From: Trichoplax adhaerens
Taxonomy: Eukaryota > Animalia > Placozoa
DNA: 64,000 nt
Direction of reading: 5' to 3'
Assembly: GCF_000150275.1 (NCBI RefSeq)
Contig: NW_002060949.1
Location: 1,051,836-1,115,835, forward strand
Positions 40,701 through 55,055 of the stretch are shown here, piece after piece. Made by a program: the position numbers and the translations under genes. Under the pieces are notes generated by a model that was given only the letters and a program-made list of their open reading frames with translations, did no database searches and was not told the origin of the DNA. Position 1 is the first letter of the stretch. Each line of letters starts with the position of its first letter.

Positions 40701-42700
40701 TCTTCGATAATATTCTTCCTTAAATACTAATTTATCAGCATCTACTGCTTGGGAGAAAGAATCAGCTATTTTTCGGATGTACAGTATTTTGTAAAGGTAT
40801 TGACAGGTTAGAATGACAAATATGTAGATATATTTTAAGAATATAGTAGGAGCGTGAGTATACCTGATTCTGGGCCAAAATTACAAGAGCCCGGTGTTTG
40901 TTCTTTATATTTTATAGTCCGGCTAAAATGGAGACGATCATGCTATGTCAGTATTAGGATGTAGTTATCTTGTCTAATAACCTTTCTTATAGTACAAATA
41001 TCAATAGAATTTTCCTAATCCTGATACTTCAGATTTACTTTAACACTAAAAGCATCATTTCAAATAATAATTTTATACGCATTGTTAATGTTGTATCTAA
41101 ACCCTTATACAATGTGGCCACACTTCAATAAATACCTTAAATTAATATCCTGTTGCACTCCGCTACTATTGGAATGCACTTCACTATTTTGAGTTGCTAT
41201 ACTTATAGTTAGCACTCGTCCACGACTTTGATAGGGAATTTTACGAGCAGCAATCGTTGTTGCAAAGGTTTGAGTAATCTAGTACGAAATTATTTGAAAG
41301 CTTAACATTGACAACTCCATACATAATAGGAGTGCTATTCTTGGTCGCATTATTCAAAAAAGAAATTGAATTACAATATGGAAATGTACAATTTAAGGTA
41401 ATTTTACCGAAGGAGGATTTAGGTTACGGTAATAAAATACAGTGCTCAATATTTAAAAAGTAGGAATCGCTTCAACATCAATATACGCAGCCACGAAATA
41501 ACTTTTGTTGACCTATGATAGTTCGTAAATGTACAGCAACTATAAGTATTCCTACCTCATTGCTAGTCATTCCATTACAACTTGCAGGCTGTTGGTAGCA
41601 GTTTCCTGGAAAGTATTCCCCAAACAAGCTATTACTGTCCTTCTCTCCAAGGCACTTGTCTTCAACTAGGCATTTGCCAAAGGGAAGACTCTATTGTCCA
41701 AAATAGATAGGATTTTATGCTCTAGATTTTGTTTAATGAAATATTAAATAAACCTGACAATATCATATTTTTTGAATTATTAGGCTTGTATTATTGCACT
41801 AAAAGCTAGGTTTGCTTAGTTTCAAATTTGATGATGCTCGTACTGCTATAATTATTTTGATATCACTTACTTGCAACCTGCACTCTGGTTTAACAGCCTC
41901 CGAACAATTAAACTGAAGCTGAGGGAGTTCATAGTAAATCTTAAACTCGTTCAATTTTATTAATTGTGACCACCCGTCTTCAGACTTTGAAAAATAAACT
42001 TCTTTATCCTGCATTTTCTTACTCTCTTTATATTTGAATTGAAATCTGAAGGATTTATAATCCTCATCAGATTCCATGGAAGCAAGCTAATTTATTATAA
42101 AAATAGATCATTAATCCAAGAAAGCCAAATTTTCGATAGAAATTTATATGATTTAATTAGTATACCAAGAAGAGACTATCTATTAACTTAACGCAATTAG
42201 ACCTTGATAGGTTTATTTCTTGATTGACCCACGTTTATGTTAATCTGGGATTTACCTCTCTAGATTATGAATATGGAAAACACGTAACTTAACAATGATA
42301 TCCTTAATTTTGTTTTTGTAACAGCTAATATATCAGTAATATACTTCATGAAATAATTTCTATATGTGCATAAAGTAGTATTTTATATTTTTTGCATAAT
42401 GCATAATTATCTTAGACTTATTTAGTTACATAACTATCTTAGGCTTATTTAGTTATATGACTATTTTAGGCTTATTTAGTTATAATCTACATCGCTATAC
42501 TTTAAGAAATCGCATACTGAATCCATAGGTGAAGTTTCTGTGTCAATACGCGTATTAGCTTCTGAATGAATAACTAAATATAATCAAAGAAGCTACATAT
42601 CATAAAGTTACTTTTATGTAGTGATACAGACAAGGCTATGAAAAAATAGTTACAGGTAAAATTAGTTTATCTTACGATATATGATTGAAACGAAATTCAT
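37735..42700 (-). CDS. Short vitellogenin/LLTP-like gene B (mini-Vg B), paralog of gene A. The 5' exons and one internal exon near 38.1-38.3 kb are uncertain
   Basis: Exon-by-exon match to gene A with the same intron phases: YFSKSEDGWSQLIK; SLPFGKCLV; ITQTFATT (A: ITESASG); NTIRQKDR (A: NQITQQDR); KYCASS..CKVAYDYL (A: SFCHS..CISTYDIL); LLKRTIIGEGPMMEYRQL (A: LNKRAFLIKPALIYEARQI); WDIYSFVIGSNLKV (A: WNEYSISIRDNKV). Terminal exon RRICITLEAKREKLCVLN...YP* (C-x10-C). Confidence 0.72.
42410..42484. repeat. ~27-bp tandem repeat, about 3 copies, intronic
   Basis: TTAG(A/G)CTTATTTAGTTA(C/T)A occurs three times. Confidence 0.8.
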
Positions 42701-45700
42701 TGTGAGTTTCGGCTTGCTAAGTAGTTATGGTATGAGCTTTTGATTAATACACTCATACCCGTACATGATACAAAATCTAGAGCTCAACTTCATCAAGATT
42801 ATGATTTAGGACAATTATCAAAAACATCTTTTACATCTAAATTTTCTGTAATTATCATATTGCAAAAATTGTATAAATTTTACGGCAAACCGTTAAAATA
42901 AGGTACCAAAACAGTGCATGAATTTATATACGTATGCCTAGTTATCATAACTACTAAATGTTTAGCATGATTAATACGGAAGCAATTTACGTGACCGACA
43001 AAGAACAATTCTCAGGATCATATGATCTGTTGCATTCATAATTGATAAGTCGGGAAATTTTAATATTTTTCTTTTAAGTTATTGTGTTCGGTGCATATTA
43101 GAGTGATAGCGTACTACAGAATTTATATAGCTTAATTTAACAGGTTGTCTCACAATTTTCAATAAGCTTTTATGAAGTTGTGGTTCAAGAATGAATAAAT
43201 ACTAGATGATGATATTAATAGCAATAATACTTAAATAGTTTTATTAATGCAATTTTAAGCTGACTATAATCTCAATTTTAATATGCGTAGCTGACCTGAT
43301 GATATCTAAGCATTCGAAATAAATTATAGTTACTAGTTAAACTACTGACTACTGACAGTTGACTGGATCCTATTTATTTAATTCATTACGGTACTATACT
43401 AACTGTCGCCCATTTAGAACTTCCTTTAGTACTGTACGTACGATGGTAATTCTCATGTGCAATTCGTAGACGACGTAAATCGTCGATTAAAATTAGTGTA
43501 ATCGTTAGCTTTTACGTATTAAGCAAATTACACTATGTAGTATAGCTATAAAAAATTATAGTATCTAAGTAGTTTTACCATGAAAGTCATCATAAAATGT
43601 TTGTAATCCACTGAGCTTTTGTAAACGCGATAGTTCATAAAAACAGGGTAGGTTTCTATGACTTTCATTGAATGTGCAGAGTTCTCCAGTAGGTTGGTAA
43701 CGACGAAATGATAGCATCGTTCCTTATACAGATTTCCTAATCGATTAGTAAATTTCAGATTTATTTCGTAAGCTTTTCATTTTTTCTAAATGGCCATGCA
43801 ATCAAGTACAGAATTATTCTATGCATCTGCTATCTATAATTTAGGTCATATTTAAATTTTAACTATTTACAGCTAATTCCTGAATTTTCTCGATTAATTG
43901 ATTTAATAGCAGATACAATATTTCACATCAGGCTACAGTATATGCTAGTAATAACTCTAGGGGTATTCCATATCCGACAGTACTATACTTATCTAAACGA
44001 ATTGCAGGTACTCAACAAGAGACTTGCTTACTAACTCAACTATTTAATCATTATGCTACTTTTTGTCCTCCGTATTTCATTTATATCATATCGTTAATAG
44101 CCGTTATCTACCGAAATATGTTACATTTAATGGATAAAGTAATTAAAAAACAATTTCTAGCTTCAATCATAATTAAACATTTTCTCAGTAGGCTAACTAC
44201 AGTACAAAGATTAGGATAAACAAATAGTACCATGTCTAGGCCATCTAACAGATAATCAAATGACATCTAGTCATCTATTAATTAATAACAATAATAATTA
44301 ATCGAGTACAAGAATGCATGTTTACAATTTGAGCCCACTTACGATATGGAGCATCTCATGTAATTTAAAATAATTGTTACAGTTTAAATATATTGTGACG
44401 TATACTAATGCATTGTTCTTCTTTCAATAACATACCGGTACTTAATACGTTTGATAGCGGCAATTGCATAGAGAAGCCTATAGCAATGCTAATCATTATG
44501 ATCAATGCTTTTTCCTGTAGCATTATCACGGTAGCGGTAATTCTTTTATGTCAACAGTTGAAGTTCTAGAAAAATAGATAAAGTAAATTTTCTCTTTAAT
44601 GTATTATTGTCAAATAATTATAAATAGAACGAAAAAGGGAATAATTACTATATGTCGATTGTACTATAGAATAAAGGTTATTACAAAATCTTGTCTTGTA
44701 TGCACTTTTTTATCTATGCGCTCGTATTGTACATTATTATGGTCTGTAGTCTATGTTTCTATAAAAATTTTAAAAAGAGCCAGACTAACGTGGTTTAATA
44801 ATTGTAAACAAACCATATCACCGCTACTCTGCATTTTTTCGGGTACTCCTTATCAATAAGACTTAAAAATGGATTCATTTTTATCATACTTATCTATTTA
44901 ACCTACATATTTTGAAATTTCATTATGTATTGATCAAGTTATAGGTGAAGGCTTTTATATTTTAATTTAACGTTGAAAAGCATTAAAGTTGCAAGAGGGT
45001 TACCGCTGAATCTCTTACGATTATGGATCAATAGTTGGTTAAATTTAGTACTATCGATACTACATTGGACACTGTACAGTATATCTGTTTGCAATGTTAG
45101 GAAAATTGCAAAAAAGGGTACCGGTATTTTAAAAAAAACTAAGCAGACTGCAGAAAATTAGGACTTTTGGAAGCAAGTATGAATAGTAACAACCACAATA
45201 AAATCTACTTGCAGTAGCTATGTTTGGAGGTAGATCCATATCAATGCACGAGTAATATTTGAAAAAGATCTACTAATTAACGAGGCTATAGCTAGATGGC
45301 ATTATAGCTTATTATTTGTAATTATCTTACTTAGAGGTGTAGGCTTGAAAATGAAGATACAAGTAAGGGAAAATGATTCTATTGCAATCTTAGTTTGCTA
45401 AAATGTAAACAACAAAAAATAAAATCATAGGGTTATCTAGCTAGTCAATTAACATTGAGAAATTGAGTGATCGTATCTTATAGCGATACGTTAGAAATAA
45501 ATAAAATTTTGAAGGTAAGAAGTAAACTTATAACTATAAGCAACTGACCTGATAATGAAATTGATGCTGGTAGATCTTCGTAGCAATAATGAGTAAATGT
45601 ATGCATAAGCTACGTCTTTTATAGCCTCGGACTTGGTAATCTGAAAAGAGAGTAAAGAATATAAAAAGCAACATTCTTTGGTAATACATTGCTACGCATT

Positions 45701-45729
45701 AATTATATCCTAGAAATGCGCATGTAGCT

Positions 45730-46460
45730 CCACTATACTTTGATTGTTAAACCAAATTCTATGACAGGACACGTGAAAGCTGGCCAATAATCAATTAGAT
45801 TCCGTCGAAGTTATCGTTGATTGCTGAGACATTGTCTATGCTATTCTAGCCGCAATTGTTTTTGAGTCTTAATATCACAGAATACTATGACAACATTATT
45901 TTCATGACTTCATCATGGAAATTACCTTTATTTTAATTCTGTCGACTCTGGCCGTGAGATCCGTATCGTACCATCTAGATGTAATCTTAATTGAGTCGTT
46001 ACTGCCACGTAATCATAAAGGCGAAATAGCTACTTTCCATATCTAATTACACCGTACATTGACTGTTGAGAAAATTGGCAAGTGCAGTCAATTATTGCCG
46101 TTAATCCTTTCGAACTGTAATTATAACTTTCGTTAACTCCTTCATGAGGCCATTAAACGCCATCATCCTGGATTAATTGGCTAATGAAGAGCATACATGA
46201 TCAGAGATGAAGCTAATATGGAACTCGAAAACTGCATTAACGGCCGGCAAAAGCGTATCTATTCATGCATACTTGTAAACAATGACATCATATATTTGTT
46301 TTGCATGAGGGAAACTATTTCAGCGAGTATGATACCTTGTTACTGTATTTGCTGTATCGGGCAATACGGTAACAATAATCCATAGCTAATTAGACTTGGC
46401 TGCACTTTGCGAAAATGCCGTGAAAGCTTTGCAACTCTTATGCGCATTATAAACAAATGC
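45730..46460 (-). pseudogene. Decayed 3' exons of another LLTP-like copy
   Basis: Colinear exon-like blocks: ...IYDVIVY| (A: EDVIVDVL|); SQLIQDDGV*WPHEGVNESYNY (A: MDGIEESIQIY); phase-2 WYDTDLTARVDRIKIK| (A/B: W...R/K|); HRQC...*...YWPAFTCPVIEFGLTIK (vitellogenin: PWLPFTGPMQSRIWIK). Confidence 0.45.
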
Positions 46461-49115
46461 TAGTAAGGCACGTAATAATACAATGCTGTGATCAACGTGG
46501 GATAATAGCGACTTCAAGGACAATTAGTAAAATTCCTCTTTACCGTTGTATTATATTTTAGCCTACAATACAGTATTACCGAATGCGCCGTAGCGTAATA
46601 AATAGCGTAATCGGACCTGAATGTTATTGTTGTAATAGAGCTCTACCAGCATATGTAATTTATGTTTATGTTATTTACAGGACATGATTCTTGAATTTCA
46701 AAATGAATCGTCAACCTTTTCAATACATTCTTGAAACAATGTACGAATAGTATGTGGTGCTTTCATTCATTCTATCCTAGAGAAGGTTAATTATTTAGTC
46801 ATGTACCGACAAAATCGTAAGTAGAAAGCCAACAATAGTTTAAATTCTTGAATGGTAGACAAGTTATTATGAGCAGAAGTAAGATCGCAATAATAGATCC
46901 TATAAAGAATTGGACAAGCAGAACAAAAAAACTGATTTCATCGTATTACTGTAATGGATGCAGCGTTATTACGGTTAAATTTCGAATGATCTCAATTATG
47001 ATTTATAAATAAGGTAGGTTCATTCAATACCCTGCAATGACTATTGCAGTTTACATGGAGTATAAATATATTTAAGAATAGCCTACAAATAGCGGTGGAA
47101 AAGAAAACATTACTTTTTACTGCCTACTTTAGTTTCGCTTATAAATTCACAGACGTACTGTCTTATTGCCTTTTAAAAATATATAAGTTCAATAGAAATC
47201 GGCTTCCGGTCAAAGCTCCTTCATACGTAAGAGGCCAGCCTTATGAATATGATAAGGCGACAGAATGAAGAGGTTATATTTTGACCCAGCTCTAACTGTA
47301 TTCATTTTTATTGTGAAATTCCATTTCCTGATGAAAATTCAGGAAAAATAATCAATTAATTTTGACAGTAGTTCATTCAATCGTTCATACAGAATACAAA
47401 AGTTATAAGAATTTCTAGCTATATATCTGGTAATAGGATACACATATTTTAATTTAATAATCCGTTTAACTGCCCTATTATGCAATATACTGTATTTATG
47501 AAAGTATAAACTTTAAAATATTTATTATTCCATAACAGCAAAATATAATCATAATTGTGATTATATCAATTATAATAATTATGTAACCAAGCTATTTACG
47601 TCCAAGAAATTCGAGACCATATTGACTATTATAAACAATAGATACCAATTATAATTATCAGTCCAAATTAAACAGCGCAATTAACGCTTAAGCTCTCTAA
47701 ATATATAGGGATATAGGCAAATCTAAACGCATTTAACTACATGTATATTTCGCACCTCTTATTTGTAAATAATTAAACATTACTATTCGAATCGAAGTGA
47801 TAACTAATTGATCATCTTTGCCTTTAAAACAGCAGTTGGAACACTTTCCATTGATAAATTTAGTTTTAGTTATATGCCATTAGACGTTTGACTTAAAGAT
47901 TTCAAGATGTACAAAAAGTGAGCGTATATTAGTAAGATCAAGCTGCCAATTTATCATACAGTTCATTTTAAAGTGTGTACGTATTAAAGCTCTTAAAGGT
48001 CTAATAACTAAAGGTCTTTACTTGACGTCGAGTGACATTCTTGAAGTGCTATATAAGTAATTTCAGCTCGATCACAAATACATGTGGACAATAAGCTATT
48101 TGAGAGAGTTTCAGAAATGAACTATAAAAATGCATTCTCATTATTACTGTTAAATAGAACAGCTAATAAACGTTCGTTATCTTTCCGCTCTCGATATTTT
48201 ATACGAGTATATGAAAATTCATAAACACTTCTATTGTTATTCTTATCACGGTAAGTCGAACGAACTAGTTGCCAGCTTGTATAATAAAGGTTATAAAAAC
48301 AGGAAACAATCAGGGCAATTTTTGTCCGATTATCTATCAATAAACCAATTAAATAAATTTTATGTATTTTATGTCATTCAGAAGGCATTGTTAGATATCT
48401 CGTTCTCAGTATCCTACAAAATTGTTCTAAAGAAGTACTCTAAAATTATTGCTAATCCTTAAGAACTTGAAACGGTACAGTATATTCGCTAAAATATTGT
48501 ATTTCAAAACAGATATTAGATCTTTGGTTAATTTTTTCCATTTTTCTTTCTATTTGTATATTAACGCAGATCATATAAAATCGTGATTGCATGAAACTAA
48601 TTTATTACATGATTGATGTATTAGACTCATTGTGACACATGATTACGATCACCATATCATACGAGTTTTGACACCTAGAACATACGTCTGCAAAGGCCAT
48701 AACTGACAAAATGATGAAATGTTGATGTTATTATGCAAGATAGGGATTTCCTGCCGGCATGTAATCAGGCAGCGGCTGGTATTTGATCGCTGTTGTCTGT
48801 AGTTTGGTTGACATTTCCCCGCATTATTAAATGTTTTATAATCCGCTATGATAACAAGTGCAATGCAAATACATGCGAAAAAAGTATTAACGATATAAAG
48901 ACAGAATCAATCACTGACTTTAGTATAACATCCGGGATTGATTGCACAATGTAAATTAATATGAGTTCACACAATGTAATAAAATTAATTAATCCGTGGA
49001 TCTTACGCAATAAGATCTGATATCTGCACAATAGCCTAATATTTAGGATCACAAAGTAAGTATAATAACATTTCTAATATCCCATACATATTTAATCTAA
49101 ACTTAATCCACGTAT

Positions 49116-52100
49116 CTATATTATCGACGTTTTCGCTGACGACTTTTCCAATATTTCTTTTCTATCCAGGTATTTAGCATAAACATACATCAGGCTTCCA
49201 AAAACACTTAAGTAATAAGAAAAAATATATACTAATCAATTGAAAACAGCTTTTGTATATCCAAGTTGTGGTCATCATATAGATAAGATCATTAAGGATT
49301 ATCGCTTTGAATATATTAAATTTCATTTATTGTACAGTACCTTATATTAATTCCCCAAAAATTGGCTAAAGTGAAGTGATATTCACCCCCGTATGACATG
49401 CCATAATATGTTACAAAAGTATTCTAATATATCATCCCGCCCACAAATACAGCCAGAAATCAGTTTACAAGAATGCATAATTTAATAATGGTATGCAATT
49501 TAAAATCGAAGACCTTCTCCTTACCTTTAAACACCCTATAATTGAAGTTGCTAGGGCAGTGTTATATTTTGTACATAACATTGTCGAATATACAAGGACG
49601 ATTCTATTTTACGAATTGCAGAAAATTAATTTGAAGAAAGCATAATCACCAGCATATAAAGTGTTAAGAATATCGATTTTATCTGTGTTAGTTATGCAAG
49701 TAGACTAACCCTAAAACACATGATGCCATAAAGCACATAGTAGAATAGTAATCACTCCACCCGCTATAGTTTAGAGCCTGTAAAGAACATAAGTACACAA
49801 ATTGTGTAAGACAGTTGCTAGAGATATAAACTTTTACTGTTACGAATTACATTGTTGAAATCCCCTTGGTAAGATGTTAGAAGGATTGCCGGTATAGTCA
49901 TTACTAATGCGTTATAAAACATGAGGCCAAAAATGCCGAGTTCCTAGATTGTTACGTGAAAATAATTTTATAAGCATATAAGATTCTAATGGTTTATAAA
50001 TCATGTAATAACAATAAAAAAACGAATAACCTTAGTCTCGATTTTTTTCTTCGTGTAAACCCCTGTAATGTTGTATATTTGATTAGCGTCAACGCGAATA
50101 AAAAATGAATTCGCAATTAATTCATATAACAATACTAACTTTAGGGCGATTTAACGAGCGTATTAACGTTTAACATATTTTGAACTGTGTTCGTTATACT
50201 TTTGTGTATACAAGATAGGCTACTAAGTGATTTTATGCTCAATTAAGCTTCCTATCTTCTTAAATTTTATATTACTGATAAATTAGAAATTTGTCAGATA
50301 TTTTCGTCAATATTAAAGACTGTAAAGACTTAAATTACAACATTTCTAATAAATATGTTGTTCGTGTTGATTGTTATTATCTTGAAAGGTATTGTACTTG
50401 GTTTTTAGTGTCGAACATTTTAGAGTTATTTAAAGCATGACTGCAAAACAATTTACTTATAAATCTGAATAGCTGATGAATATTATAATGTCACACACTA
50501 AGATACGACATTATGAGTATATACGGTAGTAAGTTAAGTAGGTTACTAACCATTTAAAGCACTTGATAGGTTATTAATTAGTACGGCAAAGTAGCCAATA
50601 AAATTAAAGGTGAAGTCGTTTCTGCATTATACAAGTTATCCATGGTAAGGGTTAATATGAATGAGATAATTTATGAACAAAAATTATTAATATTTAGTTG
50701 ATGTCCAATGATATAGACTTACATTGCAGCAATTACTGCTCCTAATATCATAACAGAAACAGAAATTTGGACCATGACATGTACTCGCTTAGTTAGTATT
50801 ATACTTTCCAGAATCATCGTGAATAATATAGTATATCTTCGTAATACAGTAAACATAGGCAAGCTGGGAAACAGAGGTGCGATTTAAGTAGTTAGTATAT
50901 TGATTGGATTACTGGCTTGCAACTTAACATACTTTAGCGATCCAGTTCCTAGTAAGCCCAAGGATAGATTGGTAAAATAAAAGAGCGGTAGTGGCCAGAT
51001 CTTTGTCGTAAAGAAAATGAAGTATAGTTAAATCTAAAGAACATCTAACAAAGTTTTAACATGCAATTTATAAATTTAAATTACTTTTTAGAAGATATAG
51101 CATCAATAAGCTGCATTCCATATAAAATTTTATCTAATTATGTATTAGTAAATTGTAATACTCTCTATCAAGTGATAAAGGAAGGTTTTTGCACATGTTA
51201 ATCTAACATGAAGCAAATGATATCATAGACGTACCATCCTATGACAAAAATTAAAACGAAGGGAATGTACAATATAAAGCATAAGTTTATAACATCAGTG
51301 CTATACTATTCTCACTCTTCTTTATAGTTAATAGACGTATGTATAATTCTTCGCAAACGAGCTACAAAACCATCGAATAAGTAGCAGAGGCTATTTCAGC
51401 AGTACTGTAGGTTAAATAAGTATTACATTTTGCAATATGTACTACGTAAGCTTTTGTACAAGTATCCAGTCCATCAAAAATATGTACCTGAGTTTTTACC
51501 AACAAGCAAAAGCTAATAACCTGGATATAACTAGATTATTGCATCGAAATAATAATTCATGGCCAAAGTTTCGAGTGTATTGCAATAACATTAGCAGGTA
51601 CAAGGATTCGGTTACTTACCGATTTTAATGTTTTCATCGAACAAGGAGGAATTTTAATAATAGAAAATAGTCTTGCGAAAAGTATCACCAAGATCAGTGT
51701 TATCATCTGTAGAGACAATCAAAAAATTACTACATAAGTAAACATCAGATTACTAATCGCACTAAGATTTACAAGCTTTTAATTTACTATGTATTATTTA
51801 ATCCAGTTAAGGATAATAAACGATAGTCTACGTAAAATTTGTACTAGCGTTGAAAATTAAAACATGATAGCACTTGTATCAAGCAGCATAGGAGATAGTT
51901 ACATTTAATAGAAAGAACTCGCGTTAAGATTATTGCAATCCTTACCTGTCCCAGACTGACAAAGAGTACCGATGGAAATCTATGTGGGCATGGGACGTAG
52001 TGGACATATTCATAGATGAAAAATAATCGTGCATAAGAAAAGCAGATTGTAACACACAAGATATATATATTAGGTAGGACAATAATACGAATCTGCAGTG

Positions 52101-53461
52101 TCCAAAAATATGACGATACTATACGCGTAAATGGTTTGTAGCTTCTTCATTCATAACTCATCCATTCGAGTTACGAAGTAGTTCTGCGTACACTGAGTCT
52201 TTGATATTAATAACTCGCTTATACTTATAATGTAGGGTGTAAGATGATAAAATTAAGCTGATCATCATTACAGTCTAATTCATTAATTGTTGGTAATAAG
52301 CGCAATATGAGCCTTAAATAATGAAGTAGGCATTAACCATCACTCGACATTTTGTTGAGTGCAATCATGATCATACTGTAACTCATTTTAGCGTTCTTTC
52401 TTGTCTTCTTCAATGCACAGGTATTGCTGTTATCGTAATTTTACGAAATTATTTCAAGACGACGTAAAATGATGAATGTAATGTACTGTACAGTATGTAC
52501 ATCGCATAAGCAAATGTAACTACGTACAGTAGATATTGCGTTGATGCAATCATGACATCAATGCATCCCACGTAGACCTGACCTTATGTATAATTGACTA
52601 TGTTATCTCAGCAATTTACTGGAACATTTTTGTAGCGATTTTTTAGTGGTGAAGGATAATTAAGTTAGTCAATATTATTCTAGTGTATTGGCACACAACG
52701 CTATCTCTAGACAAGGTATTCGTATTCCAGTAATGAGCGACGTTGAAGATTGGGTTCAAATCATCAGCAAAGCTACAAGTCATACTGTACTGTACAGTTA
52801 TTTACCATCAAAGGTGGGAATGTCCCCCAAAATAGCCATTACTAGTCAGTTATGAATTGAATTTCTACAGAGAAAGCTTACTACTTTAGGCAGAAAGTAA
52901 ACTGAATACACCCGCTGTCAATTGTAATTACTTTTTGGATGGTTGTCTCGATCATTTAAGGTAATCTGAGGCCATATGAGACCTCGTTATTATGACGATG
53001 AAAACGAAACGAATAATGAGGTACTGCCACTCCTAGGACGAAACAACTGGGAGTATATAATTGTTGTAGTCACATTTTATGCATGACGGCTAAAAAAGAA
53101 AAAAATTGAAATGTACCTTTACTAAAGAATAGTCCTAATGCAGTCATAGATAGGTATAATATATTGGCAAGTCATTGATGACATGGACGAAATAAATTGA
53201 TCAAAGTTGGTCCAATAGAATGAATGAAATACTTCAAGTACTGGATTGGCTAACACGGTTATGATAGAGTTGAATAGATTGACATGGCTAGCGTATCGTT
53301 GTATTTCTTCATGAAAGGAAGATATTTAAATTATTTACTCACTCATATTGTGTCAACAAGGCTTTATTCACCAAGGTAAGTAACAAGGAAACAACGGCAT
53401 AAAATAGCGCGGATAATATTTGTTTAATAATTTTGCTTCGACCCCAACTTTCACAATTCAT
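49116..53461 (-). CDS. SLC35D1: SLC35D-family nucleotide-sugar (UDP-sugar) transporter (SLC35D1/D2, frc, sqv-7-like), multi-exon
   Basis: [157 protein letters not shown]. Colinear with SLC35D1/2. The D1 versus D2 assignment is not resolvable. Confidence 0.92.
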
Positions 53462-55055
53462 CGATCATTCATTGGTCTATTATCATCTAGTGATTGGATA
53501 AAAGTTACCTACATGTACTCATTGAAGTATACTCAGTACATGGGATTGGCGATTACTCTTTGAATTATGCCACTCGTGCTGATTCCATCCTTCAAGATGA
53601 CTACCATCGATCAGAATAAAAGTAGACTGAAGATTAAAGAAGAGAAAATGATGAGAAAATTGCAGCGACAGTGCTTGCCACTCATTTTCACTTCTCCGTT
53701 ACAATGCAATGCAGTACAGTGTTGAGATCCTGTACTGTACGTTTGATACAGTAGTACAGAGTTGTACTGTACAGGAGTGTACAACTCTGCCGTTATACTG
53801 TACAGTATGAAAAAAGGAACCAAGGTCCTCTAGTACTGTATACCGTAGCTATCTCATCGATGTTGGGTAACTTTGCAGAACTTAGCGTACAATATACTGT
53901 AATGGTAGAACTTCCATTTGAGTCAAAAAATAGGTAGAGAATACTAGGAACAGTATCAAATTTAGTCTGCCGTTCGATTGCACCCTAATAAGTAATTAGA
54001 GCTCAATCAACTTCATTTCCCCCCAAATTGACGTTGTTTCCTTTTATACAGAACCAAACCTTCGACAGGTGTAACTACAGCACAGTACTGTAAGCAGGGA
54101 CCGTATGGTACTGTGGTCAAAAGCGGGAGATGGTCGAATAGACGGTCAGCGTGTTTGTGTGACTGTGGGATTACCACTCTCCCCGCCGCAGTGCAGTACA
54201 ATACAATGTACGGTGGCTCACAAGGGTCAGCGCAATACAGTACAGTACGTCGTCAGAACTGCTGATACTGTACTAGTACTGTACATGCAGCATTGTAGCA
54301 AATGACTGTAACAACAGTGTACTGTACAGTACAGTACGTGCTCACTGCTCACTGCTCTCAGTCGTCACTCAGTACAATGGACTGTAGCAAGAAGAAGACC
54401 TGTGCTAATCACTCTTGGACGGACAGACACCTTCGGCCTTATCTCGTCCAAATATTGTGTCAAACACTTCGTTATGACACTACTTTAGTATGCAGATGGT
54501 CGATTTTGCATTGACTAATTTTTTTCTAATGAAGTAATATTACGCTCAATCTTATGATCTGTTCCCAAGTTTCACTTAGAGACAGTGATATCAGATCGTC
54601 GATGTTATTACAATTAGTACCGGTGATTTAGAAATCAGACGCCGAAGATTCATACTACTGTACAGAACTTACTGCTTACTGTACAGTCCAGTACGGTATT
54701 TCTAGTACAGTTACTGTCCACCCCGTAGGGATTGCAATCTGTCCAAATTTGTTCAGCTGGCGACAATGGGCGCAACGTCATCACTGTTGGTGTCTTAAGT
54801 GTTACAAAGTTAACTTTTATCTGTGAGAAGTTTTTCAAGAGCAAAGTCTGCTGTTCTATACTGTACGTAACTCTCCGTACAGACAGTAGCGTCGCTTTGC
54901 TAAATCAACGAGTACTAGAAGAAGACCAGAAGAAAGCCTCCTTTCTCATTCTAATTATTAATTAATGAATGCATTATACGGTTCGCCATCATGGATGGAC
55001 TCTACGCGTCCTCACAGACTGCTGACGTCACATACTGTAGATATGGACCGTAACT

